From Bacteroidia bacterium (GTDB lineage Bacteria > Bacteroidota > Bacteroidia > NS11-12g > UBA955), in NCBI GenBank assembly GCA_023653095.1, contig JAMNXP010000002.1:80910-144909 (forward strand): a stretch of DNA of 64,000 nt. The letters are read 5' to 3'. Below, one piece after another: positions 26,906-35,786 of the stretch. Below the pieces are notes generated by a model, which had not been told where the DNA came from, did no database searches, and was given only the letters and a program-made list of their open reading frames with translations. The position numbers were made by a program, and so were the translations under genes. Every line of letters starts with the position of its first letter. Positions within the stretch are counted from its first letter, which is position 1.

Positions 26906-27427
26906 TTAGTTGTGTTTTAGGTTGAATTTAATTTCTCCTTTGAAAGAAAGATTGTCTTCGATGTCGGCGTTTAATCCTACGTCTAGAATGATATAGTATT
27001 GTTTTTCTTGGAAGTATTTACCTGCGTTAGCTTCTCCAGATGGGTTCAAAGCAGCAGTTTGGCTTCCTTCTTTGATGGGATTAATAACTCCTAATTCAAG
27101 CATTTTTAGTTCAGGATTATCTGAAGCTACGCTCAAGACCATAGAGTTGATTCCTGATAAACTTCCTGAATCAATGGGAGAGATGGTTGCTGATGCTAAG
27201 GTTGCATCAGTAATTTTAACGCCTTCATGGTATTTATCTCCGAGGAGGGTTTTAAGGTCAACGGCATAAACCAATTGAGCGGGATTTGACCCTTCGTATA
27301 AAGGTCCTTCAAGGGTAAAGGTATCTGTTACGGTAATCTCAGTAGCTTGATCAGAGTTGTTACAAGCTCCAAAAAAGGTGATAGCGGCAAGGGCTATGCT
27401 TAAAAACTTTAATTTCATGAGGGGCAA
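26906..27427 (-). CDS. Hypothetical lipoprotein
   Basis: MKLKFLSIALAAITFFGACNN lipoprotein signal. It is the first gene of a three-gene minus-strand operon of exported proteins. Confidence 0.5.
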   Translation of the reverse strand: MPLMKLKFLSIALAAITFFGACNNSDQATEITVTDTFTLEGPLYEGSNPAQLVYAVDLKTLLGDKYHEGVKITDATLASATISPIDSGSLSGINSMVLSVASDNPELKMLELGVINPIKEGSQTAALNPSGEANAGKYFQEKQYYIILDVGLNADIEDNLSFKGEIKFNLKHN

Positions 27428-27490
27428 GATAGTTCATAGTTTATGAAAAAAGCAAATGTGCGAATACACACGATGATGAAAGTTGAACAG

Positions 27491-27522
27491 AAATAAAAAA
27501 AGCCACCTAAAAAGATGGCTTT
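27491..27522 (-). terminator. Rho-independent terminator downstream of tRNA-Arg
   Basis: Minus-strand reading AAAGCCATCTTTTTAGGTGGCTTTTTTTATTT: AGCCA/TGGCT stem followed by a T-run, immediately 3' of the tRNA. Confidence 0.6.
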
Positions 27523-27525
27523 GAG

Positions 27526-27602
27526 TGGTGCACGCGTAGGGATTCGAACCCCAAACCTTCTGATCCGTAGTCAGATGCTCTATCCAATTGAGCTACGCAT
27601 GC
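27526..27602 (-). tRNA. tRNA-Arg (anticodon ACG), CCA encoded
   Basis: Reverse complement GCATGCGTAGCTCAATTGGATAGAGCATCTGACTACGGATCAGAAGGTTTGGGGTTCGAATCCCTACGCGTGCACCA folds as a cloverleaf. Acceptor 7 bp (one G-U), D-arm GCTC/GAGC, anticodon stem TCTGA/TCAGA with loop CTACGGA, T-loop TTCGAAT. Confidence 0.9.
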
Positions 27603-27748
27603 ATTTGTCTGAGATTGCAAGGGTTGGAAACAACCTCAAACGGGAGTGCAAAGATAGTAAAATTATGAATATGTACAACCCGTGACGGAGTTTTTTGCAA
27701 TTTTCGCAAAACTCGTTGGTTCTGTTTGATTTGACCACTGAAATTACT

Positions 27749-27756
27749 TATTTTTG
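27749..27756 (+). promoter_or_regulatory. Candidate promoter (TTG ... TAttTTTG) upstream of T9SS cargo gene 27786
   Basis: TAnnTTTG match 30 nt upstream of the ATG. A TTG lies at 27731-27733 (spacing ~15). Confidence 0.3.
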
Positions 27757-27785
27757 TTCCTTTAATTCTATCTTACAACAAGAAA

Positions 27786-29708
27786 ATGAATGCTTTGAGA
27801 CTTTTATTGACCACTTCAATTGCGGTTTTTTGTCAGACCATGTTTGCACAGGCTCTCTATGTATCATCGGGCGAAACCGTATTTATATCCTCCGGAACCA
27901 CAGTAACATCAACAAGTGGAGTGACAACCATTGTATCAGGGGGTACGTTAAATGTGGCGGGTGAATATCAAAGCGCAGGTAACTTTATCAATTCTGGAAC
28001 GCTTACAGCTACGTCTGGGACATTGACTTTTACTGGCTCCGGACAAACTGTTTCGGCCAACAATGCAACAGTGAAAAATGTGAATATTGGTTCATCGGCA
28101 GCTGTTACACTTAGCAGCGCACTTAATATTCAAGGGGGTACTAATTATGGTACTTTGACTGTTGCCAATGGCGGTACGCTCAATTCGGCCGGATATTTGA
28201 CTTTGAAGTCAGACGCAAATGGAAATGCAGTTGTTGCAGCTGGGTCCTCTTCTGGTTCATACATCTCAAACGCCGTGATCGTGGAGAGATACATCCCGGC
28301 CCGCAGAGCGTTCAGAATTCTATCCCCAAGCGTTACAACTTCAACTTCTATTTATGCAAACTGGCAAGAAGGTGGTTCTAGCAGCCCTTCTTTAGGTACT
28401 CATATCACCGGAAACAGCGGTTCATCTAACGGATTTGACAATACCGCGACCAACAATGCCTCTCTTTTTAGTTTTAACAACGCTTCTGGTTCAAATACCG
28501 ATGGAAGTTGGTCGGCAGTTACAAATACCAACACCAATACGTTGACTGCGGGTTCGCCTTTAAGAGTTTTAATAAGAGGTGATCGTACCATCGATCTATC
28601 TACAGCGGCCCCTACGCCTACAATAACTACCTTAAGAGCAACCGGTACTCTCGGACAAGGAAATGTCACAGTAAGTAGTCTGAGCCAAATTTCAAACGGA
28701 TTCAGTCTGGTTGGAAATCCATTTCCGACCCCTGTAAACATGAAGTCTGTTTTGGATAACGCTACCAATGTTTCTAATGCTTATTTTTATGTTTGGGATC
28801 CTCAAGTGAATACTCGCGGTGGTTATGTTACTTTTGATTTGAGCACCAGTACAAGCAATGTGGGGACTTCTAATCAAACGGTATTTCTTCAGCCTGGACA
28901 ATCCGCTTTTGTAAAAACGTCTTCTAATGGTTCAGCATCTTTGACTTTTGCTGAAAGTTATAAATCAACTGCTAGTATAAATCAAGGTGTGTTCTTAACC
29001 ATTCCTCCTCAATCGGTTTTGAAAATAGAATTATCGCAGCGTGATAGTTTTAAAGTGGGTGCAAATATGTGCGACGCGTTGATTTTGAAGTTTGATCCTT
29101 CAATGTCAAATACCTTAGAAGTTCAGGATGCGATCAAACCCATCAACCAAGATGAAAATTTGTCGGTTTTTGTTGGCGAAAAATTTTGTTCCATCGAATC
29201 AAGAAACATTCCTCAGAATGAAGAAATCATTGACCTAAGAATTTCTCAATTGAGGCATTTGAACTATACCTTGAAGGCTGAATTTACCGGGGATTTGGGA
29301 ATGGATGCTTATTTGTTGGATAGATTCACTGGCAAAACGCATCTTTTAAACAAAGTAGGCGAAACTATTGTCGAATTTGATGTTGATGCAACAACCGAGA
29401 GTAAAGCCAATCAGCGTTTTGCATTAATCTTTGATGCTGGAAACAACAGTAGAGTAAAGAGCATTCAACAGTCATTTAAAGCCTATCCAAATCCGTTAAG
29501 TGCATCGAAGATTACCTTAGATGTATTTGCGGCCCAAATTCAAAGCGTTGAAATCTATGACATTTCAGGCAGATACATGGGAAATTTGAAACCTGCCCTG
29601 AGCGAAAATGAGTTTGAACTTCACGAACAATTGCCTAACGGTGCGTATTTGCTAAGAGCAAACACCAACGAAGGTCAGTTTTCTACCACTATTTCTGTTG
29701 CTCGATAG
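27786..29708 (+). CDS. Secreted protein with Gly/Thr/Ser-rich beta-helix-like repeats and T9SS type-A C-terminal sorting domain
   Basis: Signal peptide. The N-terminal 160 aa are repeats of SGTTVTSTSGVTT..GGTLNVAG..SGTLTATSGTLTFTGSGQTV. The C-terminal ~80 aa (KAYPNPLSASKITLDVF...VEIYDISGRYMG...LPNGAYLLRANTNEGQFSTTISVAR) match a T9SS CTD. Confidence 0.75.
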   Translation: MNALRLLLTTSIAVFCQTMFAQALYVSSGETVFISSGTTVTSTSGVTTIVSGGTLNVAGEYQSAGNFINSGTLTATSGTLTFTGSGQTVSANNATVKNVNIGSSAAVTLSSALNIQGGTNYGTLTVANGGTLNSAGYLTLKSDANGNAVVAAGSSSGSYISNAVIVERYIPARRAFRILSPSVTTSTSIYANWQEGGSSSPSLGTHITGNSGSSNGFDNTATNNASLFSFNNASGSNTDGSWSAVTNTNTNTLTAGSPLRVLIRGDRTIDLSTAAPTPTITTLRATGTLGQGNVTVSSLSQISNGFSLVGNPFPTPVNMKSVLDNATNVSNAYFYVWDPQVNTRGGYVTFDLSTSTSNVGTSNQTVFLQPGQSAFVKTSSNGSASLTFAESYKSTASINQGVFLTIPPQSVLKIELSQRDSFKVGANMCDALILKFDPSMSNTLEVQDAIKPINQDENLSVFVGEKFCSIESRNIPQNEEIIDLRISQLRHLNYTLKAEFTGDLGMDAYLLDRFTGKTHLLNKVGETIVEFDVDATTESKANQRFALIFDAGNNSRVKSIQQSFKAYPNPLSASKITLDVFAAQIQSVEIYDISGRYMGNLKPALSENEFELHEQLPNGAYLLRANTNEGQFSTTISVAR

Positions 29709-29753
29709 TCAAAATAAGGCCTTTCGGTCTAAAATTACTATCATTGCACTTGC

Positions 29754-32333
29754 ATGAGAAAAGTAGTATTCTTAATGGTTGCCACTGCAGCCATGATTCC
29801 ATCTACATGGGCTCAATTCAAGAGCAAGAAAGAAGAAAAAACAGCCACTCCCCAAGCACAAGATCAACCTGCAAAAGGGAAAAAAACCGAGACTATAGAT
29901 AATAAAGTCAAGGGTTGTGACACCATAGCAGGCTTATTTACCTTATATCGTGATACTACTTCAGGAGAGTTATTTATGCAAATTTCTCCTGAGCAATTGA
30001 ATAAGGAATTTATCCATTTTACATACACTGAAAACGGAGTGCTTGAAGCGGGACATCACCGCGGCGCCTATCGTGGAAGCCGTATTTTTAAAATAGTCAG
30101 AAAGTATGAGTCAATAGAGTTTATTCAACAGAATACATCCTTCTATTTTGACCCTAAGAACAACGTGTCAAAAAGTGCCAATGCCAATATTTCGGAGGCA
30201 ATTTTGGCTCATGAAAAGATTGTGGCTAAAGACAAAAGTGGGAATTTATTGATTGCGGCAGATGAATTGTTTTTATCTGAACAACTGCATCAAGTGGTTG
30301 AAGGCGGCAGACCTGGAAGAGGATTTGAATTGGGTAGATTGGCAAAAGGGAAAACACAATACGAGAAAATCAAAAACTACCCCGCTAATTTAGATATTGT
30401 GGTTAAGTATGTTTACGATAACGCATCTCCCAAAGGTGGTGCCACCGAAGCTGTTACTGACCCAAGAAGCGTGTCCATTTTACTTCAACATAGCTTCATG
30501 GAGGTTCCGAACAATGATTTTAAGCCTCGATTTGATGATTACAGAATTGGCTATTTCTCCGAGAACGTTAATGATATGACTTCTCAAGGATTTACCAATT
30601 ACAGAGATTTGATTCACCGTTGGGACTTGAAAAAGAAAGATCCAAATGCTATAAAAAGTGAACCTGTAAAACCCATAGTTTGGTGGATTGAAAATACCAC
30701 CCCCAAAGAACTTCGTCCCATCATTAAGCATGCAGCTTTGCAATGGAATAAAGCTTTTGAACCCCTTGGATTCATCAATGCCGTTCAAGTTTTTGAACAA
30801 CCTGACGATGCAGATTGGGATGCCGGCGATGTGAGATACAATGTTTTGCGTTGGACGTCTTCACCCAATCCTCCCTTTGGTGGTTATGGTCCATCATTCG
30901 TTAACCCTCGAACAGGAGAAATTTTGGGTGCTGACATCATGTTGGAATACATCTTTTTGACCAATAGAGTTCGTACTCAACAGATTTATGGCATTGAAGG
31001 TGCAGAGATGGAGAATGAAAATCATTCAACCCATACTGGATGTGATGCAGGACTTTATTTGCATTATCAACTTCAAGCATCCCAAGGAATCATGAATCTT
31101 CAAGAGGCTGACACCATTGAGATGACCCGACTGTTGGAAGAGTCAATTCACTATTTGATTTTGCACGAAATGGGGCATACCATGGGATTGATGCACAACA
31201 TGAAAGCATCGCAAGTGAGAACGGTGGAAGAATTGAACAATCCTGAGATCACTTACAAACAAGGATTGATTGGTTCGGTGATGGATTATCCAGCAATCAA
31301 TATGCCGTCTTACGGGGTGAAGAATAAGGTGCAATATTGTCAAGTAGAGCCAGGGCCTTATGATTTGTGGGCCATTGATTATGGATATAGTCTTCCGTTA
31401 GAAAATGAGGAAGATGAGCAGGCTCGTTTAAGAAATATCTTGTCTAAAAGCATTCAGCCAGACCTTACTTTTGGTAATGATGCCGATGATATGCGTGCCC
31501 CTGGAAAAGGTCTTGATCCTCGTGTGATGATCAATGACTTGAGTGGTGAATCTGTGAATTTTAGTGCGGAGAAAATGGATTTGATTCGTTCTTTGATGCC
31601 TAAATTATTGGTGAAGTACGGAAACGGACAGCATAGCTATCAACCCATGGTATCGGTGATGAATTCTCTGATGTCTGGTTATGGTACTCATGCGGGAATC
31701 ATATCGAGATACATTGGAGGTGTTAAGGTGGAGCGCTATACTCCTGGACAAGCTCAAGGGAAATCCCCATACACGGCATATTCGTTGGCTGAACAAAAAG
31801 CGGCGATGGAGGCATTGAATAAGTACATTTTTGCTCCCAATGCTTTTGAAATATCGGGCGAAATTGCTCAGCATTTGCAGCAGCAAAGACGAGGTTTCAA
31901 CTTCTTTGCATCTACAGAGGAGCCAAAAATTCACAAACAAATTGAAGGCATTCAAAACTCGGTAATGGCCCATTTGTTGAGTCCGTCGGTTTTGAATAGA
32001 ATGACCGACGCCAAATATTTAGGAAATGCCTATACGGTTTCCGATATGCTCAAAGATTTGACCAATGCAGTTTTTGAGGCAGATATCAAATCATTACCTA
32101 ATACGCATAGACGTCAACTTCAAACCAATTATGTGAAGGCCCTGGTACAGTACATGGATAAGCCCAGTAACGGATTGGATGCAGTTGCTAGTGCATCTAT
32201 TTATAGAGAACTTAAGCGCATTGAATCGATGATGAAATCTGGTGGCCCACTTTCAAATCCCTGGGAAAACCAAGAGGTGAATAACCACAGAAATTACATC
32301 ATGTTTCTGATTGAGCGCGGATTAGACGATTGA
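29754..32333 (+). CDS. Secreted zinc-dependent metalloprotease (HEMGH; Bacteroidota DUF4953/DUF5117-type)
   Basis: Signal peptide. HExxH motif in LILHEMGHTMGLMHNM. 859 aa. Confidence 0.75.
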   Translation: MRKVVFLMVATAAMIPSTWAQFKSKKEEKTATPQAQDQPAKGKKTETIDNKVKGCDTIAGLFTLYRDTTSGELFMQISPEQLNKEFIHFTYTENGVLEAGHHRGAYRGSRIFKIVRKYESIEFIQQNTSFYFDPKNNVSKSANANISEAILAHEKIVAKDKSGNLLIAADELFLSEQLHQVVEGGRPGRGFELGRLAKGKTQYEKIKNYPANLDIVVKYVYDNASPKGGATEAVTDPRSVSILLQHSFMEVPNNDFKPRFDDYRIGYFSENVNDMTSQGFTNYRDLIHRWDLKKKDPNAIKSEPVKPIVWWIENTTPKELRPIIKHAALQWNKAFEPLGFINAVQVFEQPDDADWDAGDVRYNVLRWTSSPNPPFGGYGPSFVNPRTGEILGADIMLEYIFLTNRVRTQQIYGIEGAEMENENHSTHTGCDAGLYLHYQLQASQGIMNLQEADTIEMTRLLEESIHYLILHEMGHTMGLMHNMKASQVRTVEELNNPEITYKQGLIGSVMDYPAINMPSYGVKNKVQYCQVEPGPYDLWAIDYGYSLPLENEEDEQARLRNILSKSIQPDLTFGNDADDMRAPGKGLDPRVMINDLSGESVNFSAEKMDLIRSLMPKLLVKYGNGQHSYQPMVSVMNSLMSGYGTHAGIISRYIGGVKVERYTPGQAQGKSPYTAYSLAEQKAAMEALNKYIFAPNAFEISGEIAQHLQQQRRGFNFFASTEEPKIHKQIEGIQNSVMAHLLSPSVLNRMTDAKYLGNAYTVSDMLKDLTNAVFEADIKSLPNTHRRQLQTNYVKALVQYMDKPSNGLDAVASASIYRELKRIESMMKSGGPLSNPWENQEVNNHRNYIMFLIERGLDD

Positions 32334-34210
32334 GAATCATGCGGAACTTATTCTTGCTGGTACTCTTATACAGTACCTGCTTCAAGGTACAAGCGCAAGC
32401 CCATTCAGATACTTTGATCTATGTTCAATTAGGGGAAGTAAGTTTACATTCCAATAGATTGAGTCAGAATTTGACTCAAACTGGATTGAATGTGGAGGTG
32501 ATTGAGATGGCCTCTTTCCGGAAGAAATATCCGGTTCAAAGTTTGAATGAGGTTTTGACTTATGTCAGCGGTGTTGATTTGAGGCAAAGGGGTCCAATAG
32601 GGGTTCAGGCTGATTTAGGCATTCGCGGATCGGGTTCAGATCAGATGTTGGTTCTGGTGAATGGAATCAGAATGAGTGATCCTCAAACAGGACATCATCA
32701 ATTGAATCTCCCCATTCCTTTAGATTTAATTGAGAGAATTGAAGTCATTAAAGGCCCTATGGCCCGTAGATATGGATTGAATGCTTTGAGTGGGGTGATC
32801 AATGTGGTATTAAAAAGTGAAGGCGCTTCGCAGAATCAAGATGGAATCCATGCGAGCGTTGAAACTTGGGCAGGAGCTCCTGCTAAAAGTGATTCAGTGC
32901 GTTATTCGGCGTGGGGATATAGAGCCGGAATAAGTATCCAAAAGAAGCAACACCACCTTTGGTATTCTACTGAAGGGATGCTTGGCAATGGGTATAGACC
33001 CAACACGGAGTTTGAAAATTTTCGAAATTTCTTGGGTTATTCGTGGGTCTCAAAAAAGTACTATTTCAATGCCATGGCCTCATTGGTGAACAATGATTTT
33101 GGGGCCAGTTATTTTTATGCGGCTCCCAATGATCATTCTGCCAAGGAATTTGTGAGTACCCGATTGCTCTCTGCAAAATACGGGTATAAAATATCACAGA
33201 AGCTCAGCATTAATGCGGTTTTGAGCAATAGAAATAACTTTGATCACTACATTTATTTCAAGCCCAAGCCAGAACTTTACCAGAATAAGCATACCAATGT
33301 GGTGAACATGATGGAGTTGAATTTGGTGGGTAAATCTCAATGGTTGGATTACAGTTTTGGCCTGGAAAATCGTCAAGAGCAAATTGAAAGCAATAATTTA
33401 GGGAATCATACACGCGAGTTTACCGGTAGTTTCGCGGAGTTTTCACCTAGATTAGGATCTAAATTGCACGCGACTGCTGGGATATATGCAATGTGGGGCA
33501 GCGGTGTAACCACCAATAAATTTGACCTGTTTCCAGGGTTGGATGTTCGTTATTCGGTTAATAAAAACTTTGATTTCTGGGGATGTTGGGGCGTGGGTCA
33601 GCGACTGCCTTCGTTTACAGACTTGTATTATACTGACAGAGGCAATAGAGGCAATCCCTTATTAAAATCAGAAAGTGCAGAATCCATTGAATTGGGTATC
33701 AAGGGTAATGCTGTGTCTGGAGTTCGTTATCAAGCGAGTATTTTTAGGAAGGATATTTACAGAATGATTGATTGGTTTAGAGATAGCATCAGCCAACCAT
33801 GGTTTCCGGAAAATTTAGGGAATCAAATGGTCAATGGGGTAGAGGCGAATGTAAATTGGAGTGTCAATCAAAAAATCAATGTAAACACCAACGCCACTTA
33901 CATGGATGGAAGCATGAATTCAGGAATAAATCAGTATTCTAAACTAGCACTGAATTTTGTTCGTTTGCAAGTAGTTTCAAATCTGAATGTTCAGTGGACA
34001 AAAAAGATCAATACAAGTTTGGTTTTCAGGCATATAGATAGAATGAACAATACATCTTATCAACTGTTGGATTTTAGATTTAACTATCAGTTGAAGAAAA
34101 TGAATTTTAATGTGAATGCCACAAACTTAGGTAATACTCAATACCGAGAAATACAGTCGGTACCATTGATGCCCCGTTGGGTTTATTTAGGTTTTAAGTT
34201 TAATATTTAA
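32330..34210 (+). CDS. TonB-dependent outer-membrane receptor
   Basis: Signal peptide, plug-domain signature (IERIEVIKGPMARRYGLNALSGVINVVLK), beta-barrel C-terminus. ATGA start/stop overlap with the upstream metalloprotease. Confidence 0.8.
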   Translation: MRIMRNLFLLVLLYSTCFKVQAQAHSDTLIYVQLGEVSLHSNRLSQNLTQTGLNVEVIEMASFRKKYPVQSLNEVLTYVSGVDLRQRGPIGVQADLGIRGSGSDQMLVLVNGIRMSDPQTGHHQLNLPIPLDLIERIEVIKGPMARRYGLNALSGVINVVLKSEGASQNQDGIHASVETWAGAPAKSDSVRYSAWGYRAGISIQKKQHHLWYSTEGMLGNGYRPNTEFENFRNFLGYSWVSKKYYFNAMASLVNNDFGASYFYAAPNDHSAKEFVSTRLLSAKYGYKISQKLSINAVLSNRNNFDHYIYFKPKPELYQNKHTNVVNMMELNLVGKSQWLDYSFGLENRQEQIESNNLGNHTREFTGSFAEFSPRLGSKLHATAGIYAMWGSGVTTNKFDLFPGLDVRYSVNKNFDFWGCWGVGQRLPSFTDLYYTDRGNRGNPLLKSESAESIELGIKGNAVSGVRYQASIFRKDIYRMIDWFRDSISQPWFPENLGNQMVNGVEANVNWSVNQKINVNTNATYMDGSMNSGINQYSKLALNFVRLQVVSNLNVQWTKKINTSLVFRHIDRMNNTSYQLLDFRFNYQLKKMNFNVNATNLGNTQYREIQSVPLMPRWVYLGFKFNI

Positions 34211-34217
34211 ATTATAA

Positions 34218-34646
34218 ATGAGACGAAATTATGTGGCCATTGCATTATTGATGATGGCGATTGCAGTAGCTTTGGGCGCATTTGGTGCTCACGGATTGGA
34301 GGGTAAATTGAATGACCATGATATGCATACATGGGAAAAAGCGACCACCTATTGGGTATATGTGGCATTATCTATTTTGGGTATTGTTGGATTTGTGCAG
34401 AACAAGGAAGATGATAAAAAAAATGCACAAAAGATACTTGGGGTGAATGGCCGTATTTTTAGTGGATCTTTGATATGGCTTCTAATGGGGGCAATTATTT
34501 TTTCAGGAACCTTATGGTTCGTTGCTACCTCGAATTTAACGTGGCCAAACTTGAGAAAGTTAGGTATGATTACTCCCATAGGTGGAGTATTCATGATTGT
34601 GGGTTATTGTTGCTTAGGATTCAGAATCTGGAAGATGAATCGATAG
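34218..34646 (+). CDS. DUF423-family small membrane protein
   Basis: N-terminal ALGAFGAHGL motif and four hydrophobic helices. 142 aa. Confidence 0.65.
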   Translation: MRRNYVAIALLMMAIAVALGAFGAHGLEGKLNDHDMHTWEKATTYWVYVALSILGIVGFVQNKEDDKKNAQKILGVNGRIFSGSLIWLLMGAIIFSGTLWFVATSNLTWPNLRKLGMITPIGGVFMIVGYCCLGFRIWKMNR

Positions 34647-34763
34647 AAATCAGTACGGAGTGTGTTTTTATTTTTTTCTATTTTATTAAATTATCAAATA
34701 ATTAAGATTATGGAAATAGCATTTTAGTTAGTGAATGAAAGTTACAAATTTGATAAATACTTG

Positions 34764-34771
34764 TATATTTG
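34764..34771 (+). promoter_or_regulatory. Candidate -7 box TAtaTTTG driving the five-gene GldLM-like operon
   Basis: TAnnTTTG match 23 nt upstream of ATG 34795. It lies inside the longer ORF-track ORF (start 34735), which supports the internal Met as the true start. Confidence 0.3.
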
Positions 34772-34794
34772 CTTTAAATTTTAACAAAAAATCT

Positions 34795-35274
34795 ATGAGA
34801 ATATTTGCTCTAATCGTTTTAATAACCATGCCTTTTGTTTCTCATGGGCAGTCAGATAAATCTGGAGATTTGCAAACGGCTGTTCGTCAATTAGAAGCAA
34901 GAAATAATGTATTGAATAAAAGAATTAGTGAACTTGAAGATGCTAACTACAAATTGAAGTCAGAGATTGAGTCGACCAAAGCGGATGTTCAAGCTGAAAT
35001 TCGCAGATCTCAAGAGCTTCAAGCTCAGAACGAAAGAGCTATGAATTTAGCATTAGATGGATTTACCAAAAAATTCGAAGATCAAAATAAAGTAGTTCAA
35101 GGAGTTCAAGATGAGTTGGGTCGCAAGATTGATCAACAATTAATTATCATGATCGTTGGCATACTTGTTGTTGTTATCATTTTCTTGGTACTCAATAACG
35201 CTGCAACAAAGAAAGCGTTGAAACAAAATGTAGCCAATTGGAATAATTTCCAAGAACACCTATTAAAAAAATAA
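34795..35274 (+). CDS. Coiled-coil protein with N-terminal signal peptide and C-terminal TM anchor (first gene of operon)
   Basis: MRIFALIVLITMPFVSHGQ signal, a heptad-like region Q/E/K-rich (LEARNNVLNKRISELEDANYKLKSEIESTKADVQAEIRRSQELQAQ), and a C-terminal helix LIIMIVGILVVVIIFLVL. A 6-nt gap separates it from the next gene. Confidence 0.5.
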   Translation: MRIFALIVLITMPFVSHGQSDKSGDLQTAVRQLEARNNVLNKRISELEDANYKLKSEIESTKADVQAEIRRSQELQAQNERAMNLALDGFTKKFEDQNKVVQGVQDELGRKIDQQLIIMIVGILVVVIIFLVLNNAATKKALKQNVANWNNFQEHLLKK

Positions 35275-35280
35275 AACAAT

Positions 35281-35778
35281 ATGAGTAATACACAAAAAGC
35301 GCAAAAGGGTAAACTTGATGCAGTAACCTTTGTCTATGGAGTCGGTGCAGCCATCGTATTGGTCGGAGCGATGTTCAAATTCTTGGGTTGGAATTTTGCC
35401 AATGAAATGTTCATCATTGGTTTGACCGTTGAAGCAATCGTATTTTTGATATCTGCGTTCGAAAGAAAAGTTACAGAAAAAGAATATCAATGGGAACAAG
35501 TATTTCCACAGTTGGATAATGAAGGTAATAGCACTGGTGTAGATACAACGGGTTATCAATCAGCTATGCAACAATTCAGCCAAACATTGGCTCAATTGAA
35601 CGAAGGTTTAAAGGAGATGACAGCTGCTGTTAACGATATCAAAACTGAAATGCGCACAAATGCTGACCAATCAAACCAAATGAAACAGTCAATGACTGAA
35701 TTCAACAGTTTGATGACCAACTACAATGATAATCTTAAGAAAATCAACGATCAGTACAATCAGCTTTTGAATAAGTAA
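35281..35778 (+). CDS. GldL/PorL-like motor protein homologue (short, 165 aa)
   Basis: Two N-terminal TM helices with YGVGAAIVLVGAMFKFLGW and IIGLTVEAIVFLISAFE. These resemble the GldL N-terminus from memory (YGxGAAVVIxGALFK ... TEAxIFxLSAFEP), including a TM2 glutamate (E51, codon 35431-35433) at the position of the essential GldL Glu49. The cytoplasmic coiled-coil tail fits too. Confidence 0.55.
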   Translation: MSNTQKAQKGKLDAVTFVYGVGAAIVLVGAMFKFLGWNFANEMFIIGLTVEAIVFLISAFERKVTEKEYQWEQVFPQLDNEGNSTGVDTTGYQSAMQQFSQTLAQLNEGLKEMTAAVNDIKTEMRTNADQSNQMKQSMTEFNSLMTNYNDNLKKINDQYNQLLNK

Positions 35779-35786
35779 TATCCTTC

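Noticed and set aside
27695-27964. 89-aa ORF overlapping the start of T9SS cargo gene 27786
   Set aside because: It is in a different frame and overlaps the promoter and N-terminus of a well-supported gene, with no features of its own.
29709-29753. Possible terminator hairpin AGGCC-tttc-GGTCT after the T9SS cargo gene
   Set aside because: The stem is only 5 bp with a G-U and there is no downstream T-run, which is too weak to call.
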